This document shows positions 56,521 to 64,000 of a stretch of 64,000 bases of DNA, in pieces; positions within the stretch are counted from its first letter, which is position 1, and the number at the start of each line of letters is the position of its first letter. The DNA comes from Asaia bogorensis (lineage in GTDB: Bacteria; Pseudomonadota; Alphaproteobacteria; CACIAM-22H2). A program made the translations under genes and the position numbers. The notes under the pieces are model-generated. The model was not told the DNA's origin. It saw only the letters and a list, made by a program, of their open reading frames with translations, and searched no databases. The DNA is taken from assembly GCA_945901855.1 (NCBI GenBank), contig CAMDLT010000020.1, forward strand, positions 2,066-66,065, in the 5' to 3' direction.

Positions 56521-58179
56521 TCAAAAAATTCCGTCGATTTCGCCCGCTGGCGTCAGGCCGATGGCTTCGGCGGCGGGGATGCGCGGCAGGCCCGGCATGG
56601 TCATCACATCGCCTGCAAGCGCCACGATGAATCCCGCACCGGCCGATAGACGGATTTCGCGTACCGGCAAATCGTGGCCGGTGGGAGCGCCCTTCAACTC
56701 GGGATCGGCGGCAAACGAGTACTGGGTCTTGGCCATGCAGATAGGCAGATGCCCGAAACCCGCTTTTTCGAGCGCGGCCAGACGCTTTGCCGCAGCACCC
56801 GAAAAACTGACGGTGCCGGCACGATAGATCTCGCGTGCGATCGTCTCGATTTTTGCCTTCAGCGGCATCGCATCGGGATAGAGCGGCGCGTATTTTCCTG
56901 CACCTGCGTCGATCGCGGCGACGGCTGCGCGCGCGAGATCTTCCGCACCCGCGCCGCCCTTCGCCCAATGCTGCGCGCGAATGGCTTTTGTGCCGACTGT
57001 TGCGCACGCGGCTTCGATGGCGCGCCATTCGGCATCGGTATCGCTTGTGAAGGCGTTGATCGCGACCAAAACCGGCAAGCCGAATTTCTTCAAGTTTTCG
57101 ACGTGGCGCAAAAGATTGCCGAGGCCCCGTTCGACGGCCGCGACATCTTCGACGCCGAGCGCTTTTGAATCCGCGCCGCCCTGGAGCTTGAGCGCGCGCA
57201 CGGTCGCCACGACGACGGCCAGATCCGGCGACAGCCCGGCCTGACGGCATTTGATGTCGAGGAACTTCTCGGCGCCCAAATCGGCGCCGAAGCCCGCCTC
57301 GGTGACCGTGTAATCGGCGAGCCCGAGCGCCATTGTCGTTGCAATGGCGGAGTTGCAGCCGTGCGCGATGTTCGCAAACGGCCCGCCATGCACGAACACG
57401 GGATTGTTTTCGAGCGTTTGGACGAGATTGGGTTTGATCGCGTCTTTCAGCAACGCAGCCATTGCGCCCGCAGCTTTGAGGTCTGCGACCGTCACGAAGC
57501 TGCCGTCTTTGTTGTCGGCCACGACGATCCTGGCGAGACGCGCTTCAAGGTCCGCGGCGTCTTTGGCCAAGCACAAGATCGCCATCACTTCGGAGGCCGT
57601 CGTGATGTCGAAGCGCGTTTGGCGCGCGGCCCCGTTGCCGGTCCCGAGCCCTGCGACGATATCGCGCAAGGCGCGGTCGTTCATGTCCAGCACGCGCGGC
57701 CACGTCACGCGCTTGGGATCGATAGCTGGCGCCTTCGCCCAGTAGACATGGTTGTCGATCAACGCCGCGAGCAGATTGTGCGCCGAGCCGATTGCGTGGA
57801 TGTCGCCGGTGAAATGCAAGTTGATGTCGGCCATCGGCACGATCTGCGCGTAGCCGCCGCCGGTGGCTCCGCCTTTTTGGCCAAAGCAAGGGCCCAGCGA
57901 CGGTTCGCGCAGACAGATCGCGGTGCGCTTGCCGAGCCGGTTGAGCGCGTCGCCAAGCCCGATGGTCGTCGTCGTTTTGCCTTCCCCGGCTTTGGTGGGG
58001 TTGATCGCGGTGACGAGGATCAGCTTGCCGCGTTTTTTGGCGGCGGGAAGCGCCGCCAAATCGATTTTGGCTTTTGTCTTGCCGTAAAATTCGAGCGCCG
58101 CCTCGGGGATATCGAGTTTGGCGGCGACTGTTGCGAGCGGTGCGAGGGCGGCTTTGCGGGCAATCTCGATATCCGACAT
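56521..58179 (-). CDS. fhs: Formate--tetrahydrofolate ligase.
   Basis: 552 aa. [10 protein letters not shown]...[19 protein letters not shown] and the rest are colinear with Fhs. Confidence 0.85.
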   Translation of the reverse strand: MSDIEIARKAALAPLATVAAKLDIPEAALEFYGKTKAKIDLAALPAAKKRGKLILVTAINPTKAGEGKTTTTIGLGDALNRLGKRTAICLREPSLGPCFGQKGGATGGGYAQIVPMADINLHFTGDIHAIGSAHNLLAALIDNHVYWAKAPAIDPKRVTWPRVLDMNDRALRDIVAGLGTGNGAARQTRFDITTASEVMAILCLAKDAADLEARLARIVVADNKDGSFVTVADLKAAGAMAALLKDAIKPNLVQTLENNPVFVHGGPFANIAHGCNSAIATTMALGLADYTVTEAGFGADLGAEKFLDIKCRQAGLSPDLAVVVATVRALKLQGGADSKALGVEDVAAVERGLGNLLRHVENLKKFGLPVLVAINAFTSDTDAEWRAIEAACATVGTKAIRAQHWAKGGAGAEDLARAAVAAIDAGAGKYAPLYPDAMPLKAKIETIAREIYRAGTVSFSGAAAKRLAALEKAGFGHLPICMAKTQYSFAADPELKGAPTGHDLPVREIRLSAGAGFIVALAGDVMTMPGLPRIPAAEAIGLTPAGEIDGIF

Positions 58180-58180
58180 G

Positions 58181-59869
58181 TCAGCTTCCTTTGGCGGCCT
58201 GCCGCTTCAATGCGGCTTCGCGAATGGCGGTGATGGTCGTACGCGTCGTGATCATTTCGGGGTCGGTCTTGAGCTCGATGACGGCGGGAAGGTTGGACGC
58301 GAGCGCGCGCCGAAAGGCGGGCAAAAACGCTTCGCTCGTCTCGACCGTTTCGCCGTGGCATCCAAGCGCGCGTGCGAACGCGGCAAAGTCCGGGTTGACG
58401 AGGTCGGTGCCCACCACGCGGCCCGGATGTTCGCGTTCCTGGTGCATGCGGATGGTGCCGTAGGTGCGGTTGTTGAACACCAGCACGATGGGCGTTCCGC
58501 CGTGCTGACGCGCGGTCGCGATTTCCTGGCCCGCCATCATGAAGCCGCCGTCGCCCACGCATGCGACGACGATACGCCCCGGATGCACAAGCGAGGCTGC
58601 AACGGCGGCAGGCACCGAATAGCCCATCGCCCCCGAGGTGGGGCCGACGAGCCGCGCAGGGCGTTTGAACGTCAAATAGCGCTGCGGCCAGCCCGTGTGG
58701 TTGCCGGCATCGACAGTCACCGTGAAAGCCTCGGGCAATTCGCCCGCCAGGGCGCGCATGGCACGCCCCATATCGAGTGCGCCGTTATAGGGCGTGGGCT
58801 CGAGCGTGGCGACATAGTCGGCACGCGCCTGCGCGGTCCATGCGCTCCAAACCGGATTGGCGATCGGCTTGGCTGCGGCAGCGGCAAGCGCAAACGCCGA
58901 GCCGCTGGCCTGGATCGCCATGTCGGCATTGTAGACGCGACCGGTTTCTTCAGCCGATGGGTGGATATGGATCAGCTTCTGGCGCGTGCGGGGCGCATCG
59001 ACGATCGAATAGCCTTGCGTCGTCATTTCGCCGAGCCTCGCGCCGATGACAAGCAGCAGATCGGCATCCTTCGCGCGTTTGGCAAGCGCAGGCGAGGTGA
59101 CGGTGCCGTATTCGCCGACATAGGAGGCGCTGTCGTTGGCGCACGCATCCATGCGCCGGAAGCTGACGGCAACGGGCAGGGCGTTGGCCTCGGCGAATTT
59201 CTGCAAGGCAAGGCACCCTTCGTCGCTCCAGCACGAGCCGCCCGCGATAATCATCGGCCGCTCGGCGGTTGCCAGCAGCTTGAGCGCGTCTTGCACGGCC
59301 AATGTCGTCGGCGCGGCTTGCAGCGGGCGGTAGCGTGCGGCATCGGGCACGCTCGCGATTTCCGTCAGCATGTCTTCGGGCAAGGCCAGCACGACGGGGC
59401 CCGGCCTGCCCGAGGTCGCGACATGGAAGGCGCGCGCCATGTATTCGGGGATGCGGTCGGTGCGGTCGATCTGGGCCGCCCATTTTGCGACGGGGCCGAA
59501 CATCTGGCGGTAGTCGATTTCCTGGAAGGCCTCGCGGTCGGTTGCATCGCGCCCAACTTGGCCGACCAGCAAGATCATCGGCGTCGAATCTTGGAAGGCC
59601 GTGTGGACGCCAACGGCGGCGTGGCAGGCACCGGGACCGCGCGTCACCATCGCGATGCCGGGGCGGCCCGTAAGCTTGCCGTAGGCGTCGGCCATGTTGG
59701 CCGCGCCTGCCTCGTGGCGCGCATTGACGAGTTTGACTTGGCGGCTGTCGTGCAGCGCGTCGAGAACATCGAGGTAGCTTTCGCCGGGCACGCAAAACGC
59801 CATGTCTGTGCCGTGCAAAAGCAGTTGGTCGACCAAAATCCGGCCGCCGGAGCGCGCAACCAATTTCAT
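58181..59869 (-). CDS. Thiamine-diphosphate-dependent enzyme, acetolactate-synthase-like family (specific reaction unknown).
   Basis: 562 aa. N-terminal Pyr domain. Central domain. C-terminal PP domain with a TPP-binding GDGGF...NN motif ([10 protein letters not shown]...VFNNRTYG). Confidence 0.8.
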   Translation of the reverse strand: MKLVARSGGRILVDQLLLHGTDMAFCVPGESYLDVLDALHDSRQVKLVNARHEAGAANMADAYGKLTGRPGIAMVTRGPGACHAAVGVHTAFQDSTPMILLVGQVGRDATDREAFQEIDYRQMFGPVAKWAAQIDRTDRIPEYMARAFHVATSGRPGPVVLALPEDMLTEIASVPDAARYRPLQAAPTTLAVQDALKLLATAERPMIIAGGSCWSDEGCLALQKFAEANALPVAVSFRRMDACANDSASYVGEYGTVTSPALAKRAKDADLLLVIGARLGEMTTQGYSIVDAPRTRQKLIHIHPSAEETGRVYNADMAIQASGSAFALAAAAAKPIANPVWSAWTAQARADYVATLEPTPYNGALDMGRAMRALAGELPEAFTVTVDAGNHTGWPQRYLTFKRPARLVGPTSGAMGYSVPAAVAASLVHPGRIVVACVGDGGFMMAGQEIATARQHGGTPIVLVFNNRTYGTIRMHQEREHPGRVVGTDLVNPDFAAFARALGCHGETVETSEAFLPAFRRALASNLPAVIELKTDPEMITTRTTITAIREAALKRQAAKGS

Positions 59870-59935
59870 TTTTGTATCCCTACCGCCTTGGACGTTTCCT
59901 CGTGCGCAGTTAACGGCGGTACGGCGTTTGCGTCA

Positions 59936-60424
59936 ATGGACGAAGCCCGCGCCAAGGGCTATTCTTCGGGCATGAGCGATGTCCCGGACTGGATGTGGAA
60001 CGACGATCACAGCGCCTTTCGCGATTTGGTCGGTTACGGACCCATCGCATGGCGCGAGTTTTACGTCGAATTGGCGCTGACATTGGACGAGCGGCATCGC
60101 AATCGCTCGGGCGTGGCGCATGGGGGCGTCATCGCGACCTTGGCCGATGCGGCGGGCGGGTTTGCAGGCTGTTGGTGCCCGCATCCCGGGCGCATCCGGC
60201 GCGCGTCGACTTTGTCGCTGACCACGCATTTCGTGTCGGTTGCGCGCATGGGTCGGCGCTTGATCGCCAAGGGCTCGGCCAACCGCGGCGGCAAATCGAT
60301 TTTCTTCGCGACGATCGAGATGATCGACGATACGGGGCAACTTATCGCGACAGGCACGGGCGTCTACAAATACCGGCCCGGCAGCGAGTCCGCCGAAGGC
60401 GTGCCGCGCGATACGCCGGTCTAG
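59936..60424 (+). CDS. PaaI/4HBT-type hotdog-fold thioesterase.
   Basis: 162 aa. ...GVAHGGVIATLADAAGG... is the hotdog thioesterase core. Divergent from the TPP-enzyme gene. It is the 3' part of shadow ORF 58118..60424. Confidence 0.65.
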   Translation: MDEARAKGYSSGMSDVPDWMWNDDHSAFRDLVGYGPIAWREFYVELALTLDERHRNRSGVAHGGVIATLADAAGGFAGCWCPHPGRIRRASTLSLTTHFVSVARMGRRLIAKGSANRGGKSIFFATIEMIDDTGQLIATGTGVYKYRPGSESAEGVPRDTPV

Positions 60425-60472
60425 CTGGCGTCTGGCGGGCGGGCGTATTTGCCCCTATAACGGTGTCGAATT

Positions 60473-61648
60473 TTGCCTCTTGGAGTGACCATGGCCTTGC
60501 CGCTTGCGTTGCGCGAAAACTCGAAAAATCTGCTGGGTTCTTTGATCCGCGAAGTCTCCAAAGACGCGATGGAAAAACCGGGGCTGATCCCGCTATGGTT
60601 CGGCGAAGGCATCCGCACGGCTCCTGCGGCCGTCGTGGCGGCGGCCCACCAGGCGATCGACGCGGGCTACCAGCATTACGCCTCCAGCCTGGGCCGCCAG
60701 GAACTGCGCGTGGCGATCGCAAAATACGTCTCGCGCTTGCGTGGGGTTGCCGTCGATGCCGATCGCATCTGCGTGACCGCATCGGGCAATTCGGCGATCC
60801 AAATGGCGATGCAGCTGATCGTCGATCCGGGCGACAACGTCGTGTTTGCCGTGCCGCTGTGGCCCAATGCTGCCGACATGGTCCAGCATTTGAACGGCGA
60901 GGTTCGGCGCGTGGCGTTGGCGCACGACGATCGCGGATGGTCGCTCGATCTTGACCGACTGTTTGCCGCTTGCGACGCGCGCACGAAAGCTATCTTCCTC
61001 AACTCGCCCGGCAACCCGACCGGTTGGCTCGCGACGGCAGACGAACTCAAGGCCGTGGTCGAATTCTGCCGCAAGCGCGGCATTTGGGCGATCGGCGACG
61101 ACGTTTACGAGCGCATCGTTTATGATGGCGAAAAATCGCCCTCGTTGCTCGATTTTGCCGGCCCCGAAGACCCGGTGATGATCGTCAATTCGTTTTCGAA
61201 GGGCTGGTGCATGACCGGCTGGCGTTTGGGCTGGCTCGTCGCGCCGGCATCGGTCGTCGATACGCTCGGCAAGATCGTCGAATTCAATACGTCGGGTGCG
61301 ACGACCTTCGTGCAGCGCGCAGGGCTCGTCGCGCTCGAACAAGAAGACTTCGTGAAGACCATCAGAGCCGAATATGCGCAAGCCCGCGATATCGCGTTCC
61401 AGCGTTTGTCGGCGATGGGCCGCGTGCGGTTGACGCGCCCGAAGGCCGCATTCTATGCGTTCTTCTCGGTCGACGGCATGACCGACTCGGTCGCGATGTG
61501 CAAACGCTTCGTGCATGAAGCAAATGTTGGCTTGGCGCCCGGCCGTGCCTTTGGTGCCGAGGGCGAGGGCTATATCCGTCTGTGTTTTGCAACCGATCCG
61601 GGCAAGCTCAGCGAAGCCCTCGATCGAATCGAACCGATGCTGCGTTGA
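60473..61648 (+). CDS. Class I/II PLP-dependent aminotransferase (aspartate/aromatic aminotransferase-like).
   Basis: 391 aa. ...NSPGNPTGW... and the PLP-Lys region IVNSFSKGWCMTGWRLGW. Confidence 0.8.
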   Translation: MPLGVTMALPLALRENSKNLLGSLIREVSKDAMEKPGLIPLWFGEGIRTAPAAVVAAAHQAIDAGYQHYASSLGRQELRVAIAKYVSRLRGVAVDADRICVTASGNSAIQMAMQLIVDPGDNVVFAVPLWPNAADMVQHLNGEVRRVALAHDDRGWSLDLDRLFAACDARTKAIFLNSPGNPTGWLATADELKAVVEFCRKRGIWAIGDDVYERIVYDGEKSPSLLDFAGPEDPVMIVNSFSKGWCMTGWRLGWLVAPASVVDTLGKIVEFNTSGATTFVQRAGLVALEQEDFVKTIRAEYAQARDIAFQRLSAMGRVRLTRPKAAFYAFFSVDGMTDSVAMCKRFVHEANVGLAPGRAFGAEGEGYIRLCFATDPGKLSEALDRIEPMLR

Positions 61649-61652
61649 GGGA

Positions 61653-62558
61653 ATGGCCATGACGGCGTTTGTCGGAATCGATTGGGGCACGACCAACTGC
61701 CGTGCCTACCGGTTGGACCAGGCCGGCTTCGTGCTGGAGCGGCGCACCGACGGCGCCGGCATCCTGACCGTGCGGAACAGCGATTTTTCGGCCGCCCTCA
61801 CGCGCATTGCGGGCGACTGGATCGAGGCAGCCGGCGATGCTGCCATTCTGATGTGCGGCATGATCGGGTCCGCGCAAGGCTGGGTCGAGGCGCCGTATTT
61901 GCCGGTGCCGACGACCGCTAAAGACATCGCGTCAAAACTTGCGGCAGTTGCCGACCCGCGGCGCCGCATCCTAATCGTGCCGGGTTTGCACGGGCGCGGC
62001 CCGGCCGGGCCGGATGTGATGCGGGGCGAGGAAACCCAGATCCTGGGCAGCGGCATTGCGGACGGCATCGTGTGTCTGCCCGGCACCCATTCGAAATGGG
62101 CCGTGATCGAGGGGGGGCGCATCGTGCGCTTCGCCACGTTCATGACCGGCGAAGTGTTCGGCGTCATGCGCCGCAATTCGATTTTGGGCCGTTTGATGAA
62201 CGACGCGCCGCACGATGCGGCAGCCTTTGCGGGCGGACTTGTGCGCGCGCAGACACCCGGCGGGCTGCTGCACCAGCTTTTTACGGTGCGCACGGCCGGG
62301 CTGTTGGAAGGTCTTGATCGCGATGCGGGCGCCAGTTTTCTGTCGGGCGTGCTCGTGGGCCAGGAAATCGAGGCTGCCAAGGCGCAGTTTGCTCCGGCCA
62401 GCGTGACGGTTGTCGGCAGCCACCCGCTGGCGCAGCATTACACGATCGCTCTCAATATCGCGGGCATTGCGGCGCATGCGGTGTCGGGCGACGACGCCGC
62501 CGCGCGCGGCCTCTACATTATTGCGCGCGAAGCCGGACTGGTGTCGTGCGGGTCCTGA
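61653..62558 (+). CDS. dgoK: 2-dehydro-3-deoxygalactonokinase family protein.
   Basis: 301 aa from MAMTAFVGIDWGTTNCRAY (DgoK N-terminal signature). ...LPGTHSKW.... Confidence 0.75.
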   Translation: MAMTAFVGIDWGTTNCRAYRLDQAGFVLERRTDGAGILTVRNSDFSAALTRIAGDWIEAAGDAAILMCGMIGSAQGWVEAPYLPVPTTAKDIASKLAAVADPRRRILIVPGLHGRGPAGPDVMRGEETQILGSGIADGIVCLPGTHSKWAVIEGGRIVRFATFMTGEVFGVMRRNSILGRLMNDAPHDAAAFAGGLVRAQTPGGLLHQLFTVRTAGLLEGLDRDAGASFLSGVLVGQEIEAAKAQFAPASVTVVGSHPLAQHYTIALNIAGIAAHAVSGDDAAARGLYIIAREAGLVSCGS

Positions 62559-63586
62559 TCCCCGACGCGCAGTATCCGGGCTTGCCGGATATCGAAGCCG
62601 AAGCGCTGCCGGATGCGGAGTTCGTCGTGCATCGCGCGCGCGATCCCTTGCAGATACCCGACAGCGTTTGGTCGCGCGCCGACGGCGTGCTGCTGTGGCA
62701 GGACATGCCGATCGACCGCGCGGTCGTGGAGAAGCTCGCGCGCGCGCGCATCGTCGTGCGCCACGGCGTGGGTTTCGATCGCGTCGATCTGGCCGCGTGC
62801 GCGGATCGCGGCATTGTCGTGTGCAACACGCCCGACTACGGGACCGAAGAAGTGGCCAACCACGCAATGGCATTCGCGCTTGCGCTGCGCCGTGGCCTTG
62901 CAACGTATGGCGAGATGCTCGGCCTCGATCCGCAAGCGGGCTGGCGGTGGGACGCGCCGCCTTTGATGCGTCGGCTGTCGGGGCAAACCTTCGGCATCGT
63001 CGGCATGGGGCGCATCGGACGGGCCTGTGCCGCGCGGGCCGCCGCATTCGGCTTCAAGGTCGTCTATGTCGATCCGCTGCTGCGCGCGGACGCAGCCGCC
63101 AAGATTCCCTATCGCCGGGTCGAGGCGCTGTTCGACATGCTGGGCGAGGCCGACATCGTATCGATCCACTGCCCGCTGACCGCCGACACGCACGGTCTAT
63201 TCGGGCAGGGCGCTTTCGCGCGCATCAAAAAAGGTGCGATCCTGATCAACACGGCGCGCGGACCCATTGTCGATACGTCCGCGTTGCTTGCGGCCATCGA
63301 AGCGGGCCAGGTCGGCGGGGCGGGGCTCGATGTGCTGCCGCAAGAGCCGCCCGACCCCGACGATCCCTTGATCGCCGCCTATCGGTTGGCGCCGTCGTGG
63401 CTTGCGGGGCGGCTGCTGCTGAGCCCGCATGCGGCGTTCTACAGTCCCGAAAGCTGGCGCGATCTGCGTTTCAAGGCGGCGAGGACATTGGGCGAATATC
63501 TCAAGGAAAACCGGCTGCGAAATTGCGTGAACCGCCATTTTTTCGCGCAAGGCGCGTTGCCGGACGAAGCAGAAACCGAGATCTGA
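62546..63586 (+). CDS. D-isomer-specific 2-hydroxyacid dehydrogenase, NAD-binding.
   Basis: 346 aa. GIVGMGRIGRACAARAAAFGFKV Rossmann motif. Catalytic ...INTARGPIVD... and ...SPHAAFYS.... It overlaps the dgoK 3' end by 13 nt. Confidence 0.8.
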   Translation: MRVLIPDAQYPGLPDIEAEALPDAEFVVHRARDPLQIPDSVWSRADGVLLWQDMPIDRAVVEKLARARIVVRHGVGFDRVDLAACADRGIVVCNTPDYGTEEVANHAMAFALALRRGLATYGEMLGLDPQAGWRWDAPPLMRRLSGQTFGIVGMGRIGRACAARAAAFGFKVVYVDPLLRADAAAKIPYRRVEALFDMLGEADIVSIHCPLTADTHGLFGQGAFARIKKGAILINTARGPIVDTSALLAAIEAGQVGGAGLDVLPQEPPDPDDPLIAAYRLAPSWLAGRLLLSPHAAFYSPESWRDLRFKAARTLGEYLKENRLRNCVNRHFFAQGALPDEAETEI

Positions 63587-63599
63587 GGGAGAAGTCTTC

Positions 63600-64000
63600 A
63601 TGCGAGTCGTGATTACGGGCGGAACAGGAATGCTCGGCAAAAAGCTTGCGGCGGCGCTTTTGAAGCGCGGCACGCTGATCGATCGCGCCGGGCAACCGCG
63701 CGACATTTCGAAGATCGTCTTGTTCGACGTGGCCGAGGCGCCGGGCATTCCGGTCGACAAGCGTATCGAGGTCGTCCTCGGCGCGGTGGACGACCGCAAA
63801 CAGATCGACGCGCTGATTGCGCCCGACACGGGCGCCGTCTTCCATCTGGCCGGCGTGGTGAGTTCGGGCGCCGAACGCGATTTCGATTTGGGCTACCGCG
63901 TCAATCTCGACGGCACGCGCGAAGTGCTCGAAGCCGCGCGGCGACTGCCGCAACCGATCAAACTTGTGTTCGCATCGTCGCTCGCATGCTACGGCGGCGA
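63600..64000 (+). CDS. NAD-dependent epimerase/dehydratase-family protein; 5' part only, runs off the window end.
   Basis: The frame is open from ATG 63600 to the end of the window. MRVVITGGTGMLGKKLAAALLKRG (GxxGxxG). It is not in the ORF track because no stop lies in-window. Confidence 0.6.
   Translation, partial: MRVVITGGTGMLGKKLAAALLKRGTLIDRAGQPRDISKIVLFDVAEAPGIPVDKRIEVVLGAVDDRKQIDALIAPDTGAVFHLAGVVSSGAERDFDLGYRVNLDGTREVLEAARRLPQPIKLVFASSLACYGG

Overview
The window is a densely coding, high-GC (roughly 65%) stretch of bacterial chromosome. Gene content looks alphaproteobacterial: a HemA-type 5-aminolevulinate synthase, a CheZ homolog, and several family-5 (Dpp-type) ABC importers. I support about 64 features, almost all CDS. 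I found no rRNA, tRNA, CRISPR array, transposase or integrase. From left to right: (1) 0-16 kb is a catabolic supercluster. The 3' end of pcaG is followed by a convergent udh-gudD pair (uronate dehydrogenase plus glucarate dehydratase), a GntR/FCD regulator and a Dpp-type ABC importer with a fused double ATPase. Next come two convergent DgoD/ManD-family enolase-superfamily dehydratases flanking an RraA-fold protein, then pcaB, a fused pcaD-pcaC (pcaL-like) and pobA. (2) 16-25.6 kb holds an esterase, an SDR, a secreted His-Me-finger nuclease behind a very AT-rich promoter region, and a sulfur module: flavocytochrome c sulfide dehydrogenase fccAB, a YeeE/TsuA-family thiosulfate transporter divergent from tusA, and an NMT1-family SBP. 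(3) 25.7-30.1 kb is a lower-GC islet (about 56-60%, AT-rich intergenics). It encodes two small secreted proteins, an unknown 259-aa protein, a stand-alone PAS protein, an unknown 356-aa protein and an orphan cheZ-like phosphatase gene. I consider this islet the best candidate for an undescribed signalling module. (4) 30-35 kb holds an Fe-ADH, a GS-like ligase, hemA and a class-III aminotransferase. (5) 35.5-47.4 kb holds a complete second Dpp-type importer, threonine ammonia-lyase, manC, and a third Dpp-type importer (SBP plus two permeases) with no ATPase genes. (6) 47.4-64 kb holds pyrE, an enoyl-CoA hydratase with a family-III CoA-transferase, an M24 creatinase-like peptidase, an IlvD/EDD sugar-acid dehydratase, a GT4, an ArsR regulator, a DUF1127 plus ABM pair, fhs with an ALS-like TPP enzyme and a PaaI thioesterase, and finally a class-I aminotransferase, dgoK, a 2-hydroxyacid dehydrogenase and a truncated NAD-epimerase gene. 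Gene starts were set by codon arithmetic from the ORF track. The track translates GTG/TTG starts as M. Many long track ORFs are antisense or 5'-extended shadows of the real genes.
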